NCBI GenBank assembly: GCA_963809895.1
Contig: CAWELD010000002.1
Location: 1 to 17,493 of the forward strand
DNA: 17,493 bases
Direction of reading: 5' to 3'
Source of the DNA: an uncultured Gemmatimonadales bacterium
GTDB taxonomy: Bacteria; Gemmatimonadota; Gemmatimonadetes; Longimicrobiales; Gaopeijiaceae
Positions 1 to 8,219 of the stretch are shown piece by piece. How positions within the stretch are numbered: position 1 is the stretch's first letter; every line of letters begins with the position of its first letter. Made by a program: the position numbers and the translations under genes. Under the pieces are notes generated by a model, which did not search any database, had not been told where the DNA came from, and saw only the letters and a program-made list of their open reading frames with translations.

Positions 1-544
1 CGGCCAACCAGGTCTGGATCCAGCGCATGCTCACGGAGGGCCCCAGCGTCGCATCGCTGTAGCCGTACGCGCGAGCAGGCTCGACGAGCTGGTGGTAGGT
101 GTCGTCCGCGCCCTCCCAGTTGAATCCGTCCGGAGCCATCACGAAGGGGTCGTCGTTGTCGTTTCGGCGCTGGCCGAACGGGTCGGACGCCCCTGCCGGC
201 GTCTCCACGATTCCCGACGACAGGAGGCCCAGCGAAACCCCCACCTCCTGATAGGCGGCTCGCACCGCGTCGTCGCGGTAGGCCCCGAGATGATCATCGT
301 CCCCGTAGACCAGTGAGATGGCGTTTCCCCCGAATCCGTCCAGGGTCTGATGGGTCGCACCGGCGTTGACCGTGATGATCGCGGTGTCCGAGGGCTCCGT
401 CGTGGGCGGCTCCGGAGTGGGCTCGGTGATGCCGGCGCTGCTGCACGCTTGCATGACGAGAACCAGCGCCACCGCGACCGGGAACGGCCCGGCACGGCGG
501 GTGGCGCCGGCCGGAGCCGGTTTCGGAGGATGGCGTGGCGTCAT
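1..544 (-). CDS. Putative GH30-like glycoside hydrolase lipoprotein, N-terminal part (continues beyond window start)
   Basis: Hand translation from ATG 544 is open to base 2: MTPRHPPKPAPAGATRRAGPFPVAVALVLVMQAC-SSAGITEPTPEPPTTEPSDTAIITVNAGATHQTLDGFGGNAIS...NDNDDPFVMAPDGFNW... It has a signal peptide ending in an imperfect lipobox (MQAC), a Pro/Thr linker, and 'ITVN...HQTLDGFGG', typical of GH30 N-termini. An in-frame stop at 584-586 bounds the start. Confidence 0.6.
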   Translation of the reverse strand, partial: MTPRHPPKPAPAGATRRAGPFPVAVALVLVMQACSSAGITEPTPEPPTTEPSDTAIITVNAGATHQTLDGFGGNAISLVYGDDDHLGAYRDDAVRAAYQEVGVSLGLLSSGIVETPAGASDPFGQRRNDNDDPFVMAPDGFNWEGADDTYHQLVEPARAYGYSDATLGPSVSMRWIQTWLA

Positions 545-634
545 GAGGAGGGGCGCTCGGTGGCGGGTGGCAGGAGGGAGGTCTCAGGATGCCGCTTCGA
601 CGGTTCGCAGTGCAATGCCCGTGCCGGCTGGAGA

Positions 635-1771
635 TCAGGGGAGCGAGTCTCCGGGCAGCGGGGCGTCCCGGGGAAGCAGCTCGAACGGGTCGGCCACGGT
701 CTTCACGCCGCTGGTGAGGTCCGCTACGGCCCGTTCCAGGCTTCCGTGGGCTTCGAGGTAGGCCGCGAAGTCCGGGAGTCGGTGGTAGTAGCGCATCTGG
801 CCGAGGAGCACGGCGTTGTTGAGCGGGCGGTCCAGGAATCCCCCGAATCGAAGCGACTCGAAGGTGGGAGCCACCTCGGTCTCGAAGCGGGTCCGGTGGC
901 GCTCGTAGACGGCCTGCCGCTGGTCCAACTTGGCCTGATACGTCAGCGTGCTGTCGTTGTACACCGCCTGCAGGTCCGCCACCAGGCCGTCGAGGAATCG
1001 GCTGTACCGCTGCGCGTCGCGCCAGCGGGCCTGGGCGCGGAGACACTTGGCCGTGTCGGGTCCGCCTCCCTGCCTGCGGCAGAAGAACGCCACGGATCCG
1101 GCCCGCCCCACGAAGGTCGCGAAGCTCTCGTTGAACTGCACCCGCCCGGGAACGAACAGGTGGTTGTGGGAGAGCTCGTGGATGATCGTGCTGACCAGCT
1201 CTACCGCATCGCGACCGAGGATCGAGGACAGGAGCGGGTCGGCGAACCAGCCCAGGGTGCTGAACGCCGAGGTGGGCCGCAGGAGGGTGTCGAACCCGTC
1301 CTTGTCCAGGTCCTGCTGCGCGTCGAGTGCGTCGCCCTCGTCGAAGAAGCCGCGATAGGGAACGTGGCCCACGATGGGGAACCACCAGGTCTTGGGCACG
1401 AGACGGTCGCGGTAGGACGCGGACAGCACCAGGGCCAGCGTGTCCGAATCGAGCTGGGTGAAGCTGGTGTAGCTGTCGCCCACCCGAAGGTGCAGGCTGT
1501 CCCGGGCGAACCTGCGGGCCTCCATGGCGAAGGTGAGGAGATCGCGGGTCTCCGGCGGCGTCTCCGGGTCCAGGATCACCTCGGGAATCGGACGGCGAGC
1601 CGCCAGGATCCTGGCCTCCGCGATCCCGGCCTTGATGACGTAGATGGGTGAGCAACCCGTGACCGTCACGCCCGCGGCGGCCGCCGCGGCGAGGCCGAGA
1701 GCGGTGAGCGACAGGCGACGTCGCAGTCGTCGGGGCTTGGATCTCGTGGTGCTCACGAACCTTGATACCAC
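635..1771 (-). CDS. Putative zinc aminopeptidase lipoprotein (Aminopep/DUF2265-like)
   Basis: Signal peptide with lipobox VTGC; HELSH zinc motif followed by FNESFATF; family-like segments WWFPIVGHVPYRGFF, SAFSTLGWFADPLLSS and LNNAVL. Exact start uncertain (GTG 1771 or GTG 1756). Confidence 0.85.
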   Translation of the reverse strand: MVSRFVSTTRSKPRRLRRRLSLTALGLAAAAAAGVTVTGCSPIYVIKAGIAEARILAARRPIPEVILDPETPPETRDLLTFAMEARRFARDSLHLRVGDSYTSFTQLDSDTLALVLSASYRDRLVPKTWWFPIVGHVPYRGFFDEGDALDAQQDLDKDGFDTLLRPTSAFSTLGWFADPLLSSILGRDAVELVSTIIHELSHNHLFVPGRVQFNESFATFVGRAGSVAFFCRRQGGGPDTAKCLRAQARWRDAQRYSRFLDGLVADLQAVYNDSTLTYQAKLDQRQAVYERHRTRFETEVAPTFESLRFGGFLDRPLNNAVLLGQMRYYHRLPDFAAYLEAHGSLERAVADLTSGVKTVADPFELLPRDAPLPGDSLP

Positions 1772-1801
1772 GACGGGTGCGCCGGGTTCGGCGCACCCGT
1801 C
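1772..1801. repeat. Perfect 13-bp inverted repeat (hairpin), possible transcript boundary or processing site
   Basis: GACGGGTGCGCCG-GGTT-CGGCGCACCCGTC, intergenic, with no clear U-tract. Confidence 0.7.
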
Positions 1802-1846
1802 ACCAGCGGGCGCGAGTCGGGCGCGGACCGGGGGCGCGGGCGGGTG

Positions 1847-2440
1847 TCAGCCGTAGATGAGCGCCCAGAACGAGTCGGCGGTGTGCTCCAGCCAGTTGTT
1901 CCACGGCCAGGCGGTAATCCAGCCCCAAAGCTCGAAGGGCGACCAGGCCCACCCCAGCGGGACGAAGATCACGTACCAGATCACCGCCGCCCAGGCGATC
2001 TCGCGGAGCATGCGGCTGCCGGTCACGCGGGTCTGCTTGCGCCGATCCGACTCTTCGGGGTCGCGCCCGTTGACGGCATCGATGGTCATGACGAAGCCGC
2101 GCCGGTAGAACGAGATCGCGTCCCGGAGCGTGCGGGCCGCTTCGGTGGGGTGTTCCCCGTCCATGGTCGCCTGTACGAGCGTCACGGAGAAGCGGACCAT
2201 GGCGCGCACCAGCAACGGAATCCAGAAGACCAGTCCCACGACGGCCCACACCGCCAGGCACATGCCCAGGATCCCACGGCTGAGGATCTGGAGCGCCCGG
2301 GTGCCCGCCGGAGGTGGGGTCTTCTCTGCGGCCGGTGTCTCGGGGTCGGGGCTCCGATAGCGGAGCATCGGCGGCTCGCGTTCCATCCCTCGATTCAGTG
2401 CGGGTTCCATGATGATCTCCATTGTCCGGGAGCGGGGCAT
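1847..2440 (-). CDS. Hypothetical integral membrane protein with Trp-rich C-terminus
   Basis: Hydrophobic segments GILGMCLAVWAVVGLVFWIPLLV and IAWAAVIWYVIFVPLGW; ATG lies 6 nt after the upstream stop; co-oriented with the operon. Start could also be a downstream Met. Confidence 0.7.
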   Translation of the reverse strand: MPRSRTMEIIMEPALNRGMEREPPMLRYRSPDPETPAAEKTPPPAGTRALQILSRGILGMCLAVWAVVGLVFWIPLLVRAMVRFSVTLVQATMDGEHPTEAARTLRDAISFYRRGFVMTIDAVNGRDPEESDRRKQTRVTGSRMLREIAWAAVIWYVIFVPLGWAWSPFELWGWITAWPWNNWLEHTADSFWALIYG

Positions 2441-2446
2441 GAGCGG

Positions 2447-3097
2447 TCAGCGACCGCCGCCGGCCGAGCCCGAAAGGGGAAGCGATGCGGGACCGATGGA
2501 GCCACCGACGGAGTCGGACGGCATCATGACGCTGCCCGTTCCCTTGCCGTCGAGGCCCATCCCCATGCGGCTGATCCCTTCGGCGTCGGCGAACACCAGG
2601 TTGGCGGCGTCGGCGCTGGTGAGCCCCAGGACCGCTCGCGGAGTGCCCTTCACGTCGGCGAACACCAGCGTGGTGGTCTGATCGGGGAGCAGCCCCAGCA
2701 CGGCGCGGCGCTGCCCTGCATCGTTCACCAGCGCGAGGCCCGGAAAGCCGCTGTTGAGGACGGTGAGATTCAGGCGTTGTTGGCCCGAACGGTCGAGCAA
2801 GCTCAGTCGCACGTCACCCTGGGCGTCCACGGCCCATTCTCCCCGCGGGCTTCCGTCGACGTCGAGCAGGCGAATCCGATTCGCTTCCAGGACTCGCCCC
2901 GTCTCGGTGGTCAGGAACCGCGGCGCCAACACGGAGAGAGCCAGGAGCACGACGAGAAGCGTGACGGCGAGGCTCAGGAGCCCCACGCGTCGCTGCAGCC
3001 GACTGCTCTTGCGCTCGAGCACGGCGAGCTCGGCCCGGATCCGGTCCTCCATCTCCCGGGCGGCTCCGGGATCCGTGGTATGGGGTCCGTTGTTCAC
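2447..3097 (-). CDS. Hypothetical single-pass membrane protein: coiled coil, TM helix and five 23-aa repeats
   Basis: GTG at 3097 overlaps the ATPase stop (GTGA) and follows a GAGGAGG Shine-Dalgarno; the 87-codon upstream extension in the ORF track overlaps the ATPase gene and is rejected. Repeat consensus is LxhxDxxGxxRhxhxh. Confidence 0.8.
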   Translation of the reverse strand: MNNGPHTTDPGAAREMEDRIRAELAVLERKSSRLQRRVGLLSLAVTLLVVLLALSVLAPRFLTTETGRVLEANRIRLLDVDGSPRGEWAVDAQGDVRLSLLDRSGQQRLNLTVLNSGFPGLALVNDAGQRRAVLGLLPDQTTTLVFADVKGTPRAVLGLTSADAANLVFADAEGISRMGMGLDGKGTGSVMMPSDSVGGSIGPASLPLSGSAGGGR

Positions 3098-4473
3098 GAT
3101 TGGTTCCTCCTCACGTCCAGCGAAGGGATACCCGCGACGTATTCTTCCTCGACCGTGAGGAAATAGGATCGGGCGGCCCGGTGCAGCAGCTCCGGGTCGA
3201 GCGTGGGGGCTTCTCCCTGGAACTCCGCAACCGATTCGATCTGATGGAGCAGGTCGCGCGGATGGCATCCCCGGGGCCGGAACCCGTACTTCTCGTAGTA
3301 GCTCGCGAAGAGCAGGTCCACGGCGGCAGAGTCGAATGGGATGTCCCGGTCCAGACACGCCATGCGGAGAATCTGAGCGAAGCCTTCCCGGTCCGGGCTC
3401 TTCACCTCCACCTTGAACTGGATGCGGCGGAGGAACGCCTCGTCCACCAGGTCGCGGGGATTCAGGTTCGTCGCGAACACCAGAAGGCAGTCGAATGGCA
3501 CGGGGAACTTGGTGCCGGTGTGGAGCGAGAGCGTGTCGTAGCGCTTCTCCAGCGGCACGATCCAGCGGTTGAGGAGATCGGCGGGCGCCATGTGCTGCCG
3601 GCCGAAGTCGTCCACCACCAGCACGCCGCCGCTGGCCTTCACCTGGAAAGGAGCCTGGTAGACCTTTGAATACGAGTCGTACTTGAGATCCAGTTGATCC
3701 AGCGCCAGGTCACCGCCGACGAAGACGGCAGGCCGCCGCACGTGCGCGAAGCGCCGGTCCCGAGAGGTGTCACCACGCACCAGCGAGTCCACCCCGCTCT
3801 GCTGTCCTTCGTTGACGGGGCGATGGTAGATGGGATCCTCGAGCACGATGACATGGCCGCTGACGGTGAGTGCTCGCGGCAGGTACAGTGACTCCGAGGT
3901 TAGCGAGCCCAGCCGTTCGGCGATGGCGGTCTTTCCGTTGCCGGGGGCGCCATGCAGGAAGATGGAGCTGCCGGAGTTGATGGCGGGCCCCAACCCCTCG
4001 AAGACCTCGTCGGGAAAGACGAGATCCGAGAACGCCGCCCGCAGGACCTCGCGCCGGACGCGCACGTTTCGCACCGACTGTCGCTCGACCCATTCCCGGA
4101 AGGTGTCCAGGGTCACGGGGGCAGGTCCCACATAACGGCTGGCGTCCATGGCCATGCGCGCCCTGTTGCGACCTTCTTCCGTCACGCCGAGCGTGTATCC
4201 TGCTCGACCGTGTCCACGCGTGGAAAGCACCTCCAGGAAGTGACGCTGCTGCAGCGTCATGAGGAGGTCGTCGATGACCGGGTAGGCCAGAGCCACGGCG
4301 TGGGCCAACTCCTCCCCCACCATGGCGCCCCGGCGGAAGAGGACCTTCAGGAGCAGGTCCGAAACCGCACCTTCGCTCAGCCCCGTTTCCGCCAGTGTGA
4401 GTGGACACGGGGGGGCGTTGCCCTGCTCCCCGTTGATCTCCGGTGTCGGTTCCATCACGGTTGCCGAGTTCAT
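3094..4473 (-). CDS. AAA+ ATPase with probable N-terminal winged-helix-like domain (not a TadA/PilT-type secretion ATPase)
   Basis: Walker A GAPGNGKT, Walker B-like GGVLVVDDFG, sensor-1 FATNLNP, Arg-finger region DEAFLRRI, sensor-2-like CHPRDLL; ATGA overlap with the upstream gene. Confidence 0.85.
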   Translation of the reverse strand: MNSATVMEPTPEINGEQGNAPPCPLTLAETGLSEGAVSDLLLKVLFRRGAMVGEELAHAVALAYPVIDDLLMTLQQRHFLEVLSTRGHGRAGYTLGVTEEGRNRARMAMDASRYVGPAPVTLDTFREWVERQSVRNVRVRREVLRAAFSDLVFPDEVFEGLGPAINSGSSIFLHGAPGNGKTAIAERLGSLTSESLYLPRALTVSGHVIVLEDPIYHRPVNEGQQSGVDSLVRGDTSRDRRFAHVRRPAVFVGGDLALDQLDLKYDSYSKVYQAPFQVKASGGVLVVDDFGRQHMAPADLLNRWIVPLEKRYDTLSLHTGTKFPVPFDCLLVFATNLNPRDLVDEAFLRRIQFKVEVKSPDREGFAQILRMACLDRDIPFDSAAVDLLFASYYEKYGFRPRGCHPRDLLHQIESVAEFQGEAPTLDPELLHRAARSYFLTVEEEYVAGIPSLDVRRNQS

Positions 4474-4919
4474 GTGAAATCTCCTCGCGACCCCACGGGG
4501 CCGTCATGACGTGCGCGGGCCCCGAGGCCGTCCGTCCAGGTGGAGCCTTCGGGCAGGGAGCTGCGCGGCGGTAGCCAGGTCAGTTCGTCTCCCTCTCGTG
4601 TTTCCGTGGCCTCGATGGTTCCCACAGGCACTTCGAGCACGTAGCGGGCCGCGTTGACGCGGTTGGGCCGGGTCCAGGGACGCACGTCCGGGACGCGCCG
4701 TACCACCCGCCCGGACTCGTCCAGGAAGAGCACGTCCAGAGGAAAGGCCATGCCGTAGGTGTGGATGGCGTTGCACGGCACCAGCAGGATGCCTTCGCCG
4801 GCGTCGGGACGAGAACGTCCCAGGTAGCCGCGCAGGCGACTCCACCAGGTGTGGGCCACCCTGACGTGGGAGCCCAACACGGTGCCCCGGGTGCGGTTCA
4901 CGATTCGAACGGCGCTCAC
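4470..4919 (-). CDS. DUF192-family protein
   Basis: Motifs SRLRGYLGR, EGILLVPCNAIHTYGMAFPLDVLFLD and RYVLEVPVG match DUF192; GTG at 4919 overlaps the tadC TAG by one base (TAGTG). Confidence 0.85.
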   Translation of the reverse strand: MSAVRIVNRTRGTVLGSHVRVAHTWWSRLRGYLGRSRPDAGEGILLVPCNAIHTYGMAFPLDVLFLDESGRVVRRVPDVRPWTRPNRVNAARYVLEVPVGTIEATETREGDELTWLPPRSSLPEGSTWTDGLGARARHDGPVGSRGDFT

Positions 4920-5836
4920 TACAGGCCGCCCAGCGTTCTGAAGATGTCGATGAGGGCCGGTCCCAGGATCACGACGAACAGGGCCGGGAAGATGCACAGC
5001 GCCAGCGGGAACACCAGCTTGATGGTGGTCTTGGCCGCCGCCTCTTCCGCCCGTTGCTTGCGCTTGGTGCGAAGTGATTCCGAGTGGACGCGCAGGGACC
5101 GGGCCACCGAGGTCCCGAAGCGCTCGGTCTGGATCAGCATCGTCACCAGGGAACGCATGTCACGGACCCCGGTTCGCTCCGCCATGGTCGCAAGCGCCCG
5201 TTCCCTGGGCGTGCCGGCGCGCATCTCGAGATTGGCCTGAGCGATCTCCTCGGTGATGAGAGGGCTGACGTGCCGCATCTCGGCAGCCACCCGGATCAGG
5301 GCCTGGTTGAGCCCCAGGCCGGCTTCCACGCAGATCACCAGGAGGTCCAGGGCGTCGGGAAGCGCCTTCTGGATGGCGCGCTGCCGTCTGGAGATCCGGA
5401 TGCTGAGAAAGAAGCTCGGTACCACCCAACCCACGGCGGCGCCCCACAATCCGCCGAAAACGACGGCGCCGCCTCTCCAATCCGCCGCCGTCAGGAAACC
5501 CGAGACCAATACGAACAACCCCACCGCGGCCGTGATGCGGATTCCCAGATAGACCGGGAGCGCGAGCGGGTCGCGGTAGCCCGCGTGAACGAGGCGGGCG
5601 CGCAATGGGCTCCAATCGGTGCTCAGGGGCTGAACCTTCTCGCCCATGAGCTGGAGCAGATCCTGGAGCCGGCTCTCCCGACGTCGCCGTGACGCCTGTC
5701 CGTCGTCGCGGCCGTGGAGGCCCAACTCCACCATGCGCGCCCGCGTAGCACGATTATGCGCGGGCAGCACGGCAAGGAACCCGAAGACGAGGAGTCCTGT
5801 GGCCAGCGCCACGGTCAAGACGATGAGATAGAGCAT
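4919..5836 (-). CDS. tadC: Tad pilus inner-membrane platform protein TadC (T2SSF family)
   Basis: LPDALDLLVICVEAGLGLNQAL, LIQTERFGTSVARSLRV, AEEAAAKTTIKLVFPLALCIFPALFVVILGP; GAGGAG RBS; position after tadB. Confidence 0.95.
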   Translation of the reverse strand: MLYLIVLTVALATGLLVFGFLAVLPAHNRATRARMVELGLHGRDDGQASRRRRESRLQDLLQLMGEKVQPLSTDWSPLRARLVHAGYRDPLALPVYLGIRITAAVGLFVLVSGFLTAADWRGGAVVFGGLWGAAVGWVVPSFFLSIRISRRQRAIQKALPDALDLLVICVEAGLGLNQALIRVAAEMRHVSPLITEEIAQANLEMRAGTPRERALATMAERTGVRDMRSLVTMLIQTERFGTSVARSLRVHSESLRTKRKQRAEEAAAKTTIKLVFPLALCIFPALFVVILGPALIDIFRTLGGL

Positions 5837-5846
5837 CGCGAACTCC

Positions 5847-6824
5847 TCAGATATCGATATTGATGATGGAGCGGATCCACAGCACGCCCAGGAGCTGCAG
5901 AACCGCGGCCGACCCCAGCAGCGCGAGGCCCCCGAGATTGCCGAAGAGCACCATCATGTACGCGGGCTGGATGATGAAGATCACGCCGGCCACGAAGATG
6001 GGGAGAAGCCCCAGAACCCAGCCGCTGAGGCGTCCCTGGGCCGTGTAGACCCGGAGCTGTCGCTGGATGTAGAATCGGCCGCGGATCGTGTGTGGCCAGG
6101 TTGTCCAGGATCTCCGCCAGGTTACCTCCCACCTCGCGCTGGATCAGAAGCGCGGTGACGAAGATGCGGACGTCCACCGTGTCCAGGCGGTCCACCAGGT
6201 TCAGCAGGGCGTCTTCGAAGGGCAGTCCGAAGCGTTGCTCCTCGAAGAGCTGGCGGAATTCGTCCGCCACCACCTCGGGACCCTCTTCGGAGACCATGCG
6301 GATGCCCGCCGAGATGGGATGCCCGGCTCGAATGGCCCGCGTGAGCAGCTCGATGGATTCGGGGAATTGCTCCTCGAAGCGGCGCATCCGTCGGGTCCGG
6401 CGACGCGACACCCACGCGTAGGGCAGCCACGCGCCGAATATTGCGGCGAGGGTGGCCAGGAGTACGGACGAGGAGAGCAGGAAGACCGCTGCCGCGGCCC
6501 CGAGGGCCACTGCAAAGACCAACACGACGAAGGACTCCACGGTGAGGTTGACGCGCCCCTGTTGGAGGAGCGTCTCCACGGTCCGCCACCCGGGAGAAAG
6601 TCGGCGAGGCGTCCCAAAAAGCCGCCCGCCGCGCTCTCGTCGCGGATCAGGTCGTTGGCCTCGCTGGAAAGAGCCCCGTTCTGCAGCATCGCCTCCATCT
6701 GGCGGCGGGCTCTGCGGCGTCGGCTCCAGTCCCTGAAGGCCTCCCACAGAAGGGCCAGAGAGAGGGTGCCGAAGACGGCGGCGACGAAGACCAGTGCAGC
6801 GGGAAGCCAGGGAGCCATGATCAC
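5847..6824 (-). pseudogene. tadB: TadB (T2SSF family), interrupted as sequenced by two single-base frameshifts (~6590 and ~6090); real lesion or sequencing error
   Basis: The N-terminal TM part (MAPWLPAALVF...LADFLPG) is in one frame, the core (WRTVETLL...FPESIELLTRAIRAGHP...QREVGGNLAEILDNLA) in another, and the C-terminus (TIRGRFYIQRQLRVYTAQGRLSGWVLGLLP...IINIDI*) returns to the first frame, stop at 5847-5849. Confidence 0.9.
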
Positions 6825-8212
6825 CAGACCCTGGCGTTGTCGGACGCCGAAGCGGACGCGCTGTCCTCGAGGAACATGACCCCGGGCAGGTCGATGCCCC
6901 GGGTGCGGAGGGTTTCGGCGAAGCGCGGGCGAATCCCGGTGGGACGGAAGCGACCCAGCACGGTGCCGTCCTCGGCGACGCCCTGACGCTCGAAGAGGAA
7001 GAGATCCTGCATGGTCACCACGTCTCCCTCCATGCCCACGATCTCCGAGACGGAGACGACCTTTCTGTTTCCGTCCGACAGACGGCTGATCTGCACCACC
7101 ACGTGGATGGCGCTGGCGATCTGCTGCCGCATGGCCTTTTCCGGCAGGTTCAGGTTCGCCATGGCCACCATGGTCTCCAGGCGGGCGAGGGCGTCGCGAG
7201 GCGAGTTCGCGTGAAGAGTGGTGAGCGAGCCCTCGTGGCCGGTGTTCATGGCCTGAAGCATGTCCAGGGCTTCGGAGCCGCGAACCTCGCCCAGGATGAT
7301 GCGGTCCGGGCGCATGCGCAGTGCATTGATGACCAGGGCGCGCTGATTCACCTCGCCCCGGCCCTCGACGTTGGCCGGCCGCGTCTCCAACCTGACCACG
7401 TGTGGCTGGCGCAGCTGCAGCTCCGCAGAGTCCTCGATGGTGACGATGCGCTCGTCCGCTGGAATGTGCGACGAGAGCACGTTGAGCAATGTCGTCTTAC
7501 CGGCGCCGGTACCGCCGGAGATGAGTACGTTGAGGCGCGCCTTCACGATGCCTTGCAGCAGCGAGAGGATCGCCTCGTTGAAGGTCTCCTTGCCCAACAG
7601 GTCCTGGTCGGACAGCACGTCGGTCTTGAAACGCCGGATGGACAGGTGGGGCCCGTCGATGGCCAGCGGGGGGATGACCGCGTTCACGCGAGAGTTGTCC
7701 GGCAGGCGCGCGTCCACCATGGGAGACGAGTCGTCGATGCGGCGCCCCACGGCGGACACGATCCGATCGATGACCTGCAGCAGGTGGCGGTCGTCCTGGA
7801 AGCGGATGTCCGTCCTGAAGATCTTTCCGTGCTTCTCGATGAAGACGTCCTTGTAGGTGTTCACCAGGATGTCCGACACCTCCGGATCCTGCATGAGGGG
7901 CTCCAGGGGCCCCAGCCCGAAGATCTCGTCGAGGATCTCCTGAGCGAGCCGGTCGCGCTCCTCGACGTTCAGCGCCACGTTCTCCCAGGACAGGATCTCC
8001 TGGATCACCTGGCGGATCGTCCTGGAGGCCTCGTCCCGCCCCACGGTGTCCAGGTTGGCGAGGTTGAGGCGATCGAGGAGCTTGCGGTGGATGTGCCCCT
8101 TGAGCTGCGACAGATCGGTGGAGCCCGTCCCGGGCAGCAACCGTTCTCCGGAGCCGTGTCCGGGGTCGCCGGTCCGACTGGATTGATCGTGGTTCGAAGA
8201 CCAGGTGTTCAT
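6821..8212 (-). CDS. cpaF: Tad pilus assembly ATPase CpaF/TadA
   Basis: [21 protein letters not shown], Walker [33 protein letters not shown], His box [16 protein letters not shown]. Confidence 0.97.
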   Translation of the reverse strand: MNTWSSNHDQSSRTGDPGHGSGERLLPGTGSTDLSQLKGHIHRKLLDRLNLANLDTVGRDEASRTIRQVIQEILSWENVALNVEERDRLAQEILDEIFGLGPLEPLMQDPEVSDILVNTYKDVFIEKHGKIFRTDIRFQDDRHLLQVIDRIVSAVGRRIDDSSPMVDARLPDNSRVNAVIPPLAIDGPHLSIRRFKTDVLSDQDLLGKETFNEAILSLLQGIVKARLNVLISGGTGAGKTTLLNVLSSHIPADERIVTIEDSAELQLRQPHVVRLETRPANVEGRGEVNQRALVINALRMRPDRIILGEVRGSEALDMLQAMNTGHEGSLTTLHANSPRDALARLETMVAMANLNLPEKAMRQQIASAIHVVVQISRLSDGNRKVVSVSEIVGMEGDVVTMQDLFLFERQGVAEDGTVLGRFRPTGIRPRFAETLRTRGIDLPGVMFLEDSASASASDNARVW

Positions 8213-8219
8213 GCGTGGC

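Noticed and set aside
294..1796. 500-aa minus-strand ORF overlapping the aminopeptidase, and similar Arg/Pro/Gly-rich alternative-frame ORFs elsewhere
   Set aside because: Low-complexity off-frame translations of real genes with no domain signatures.
2584..2668. 16-bp direct repeat as a CRISPR or mobile-element signature
   Set aside because: Only two copies, exactly 69 bp apart and in frame within a CDS; explained by the 23-aa protein repeat.
6088..6591. Phase variation or programmed frameshifting in tadB
   Set aside because: The tracts are too short (3 C; about 3.5 GT units), there is no slippery heptamer, and two independent events would be required.
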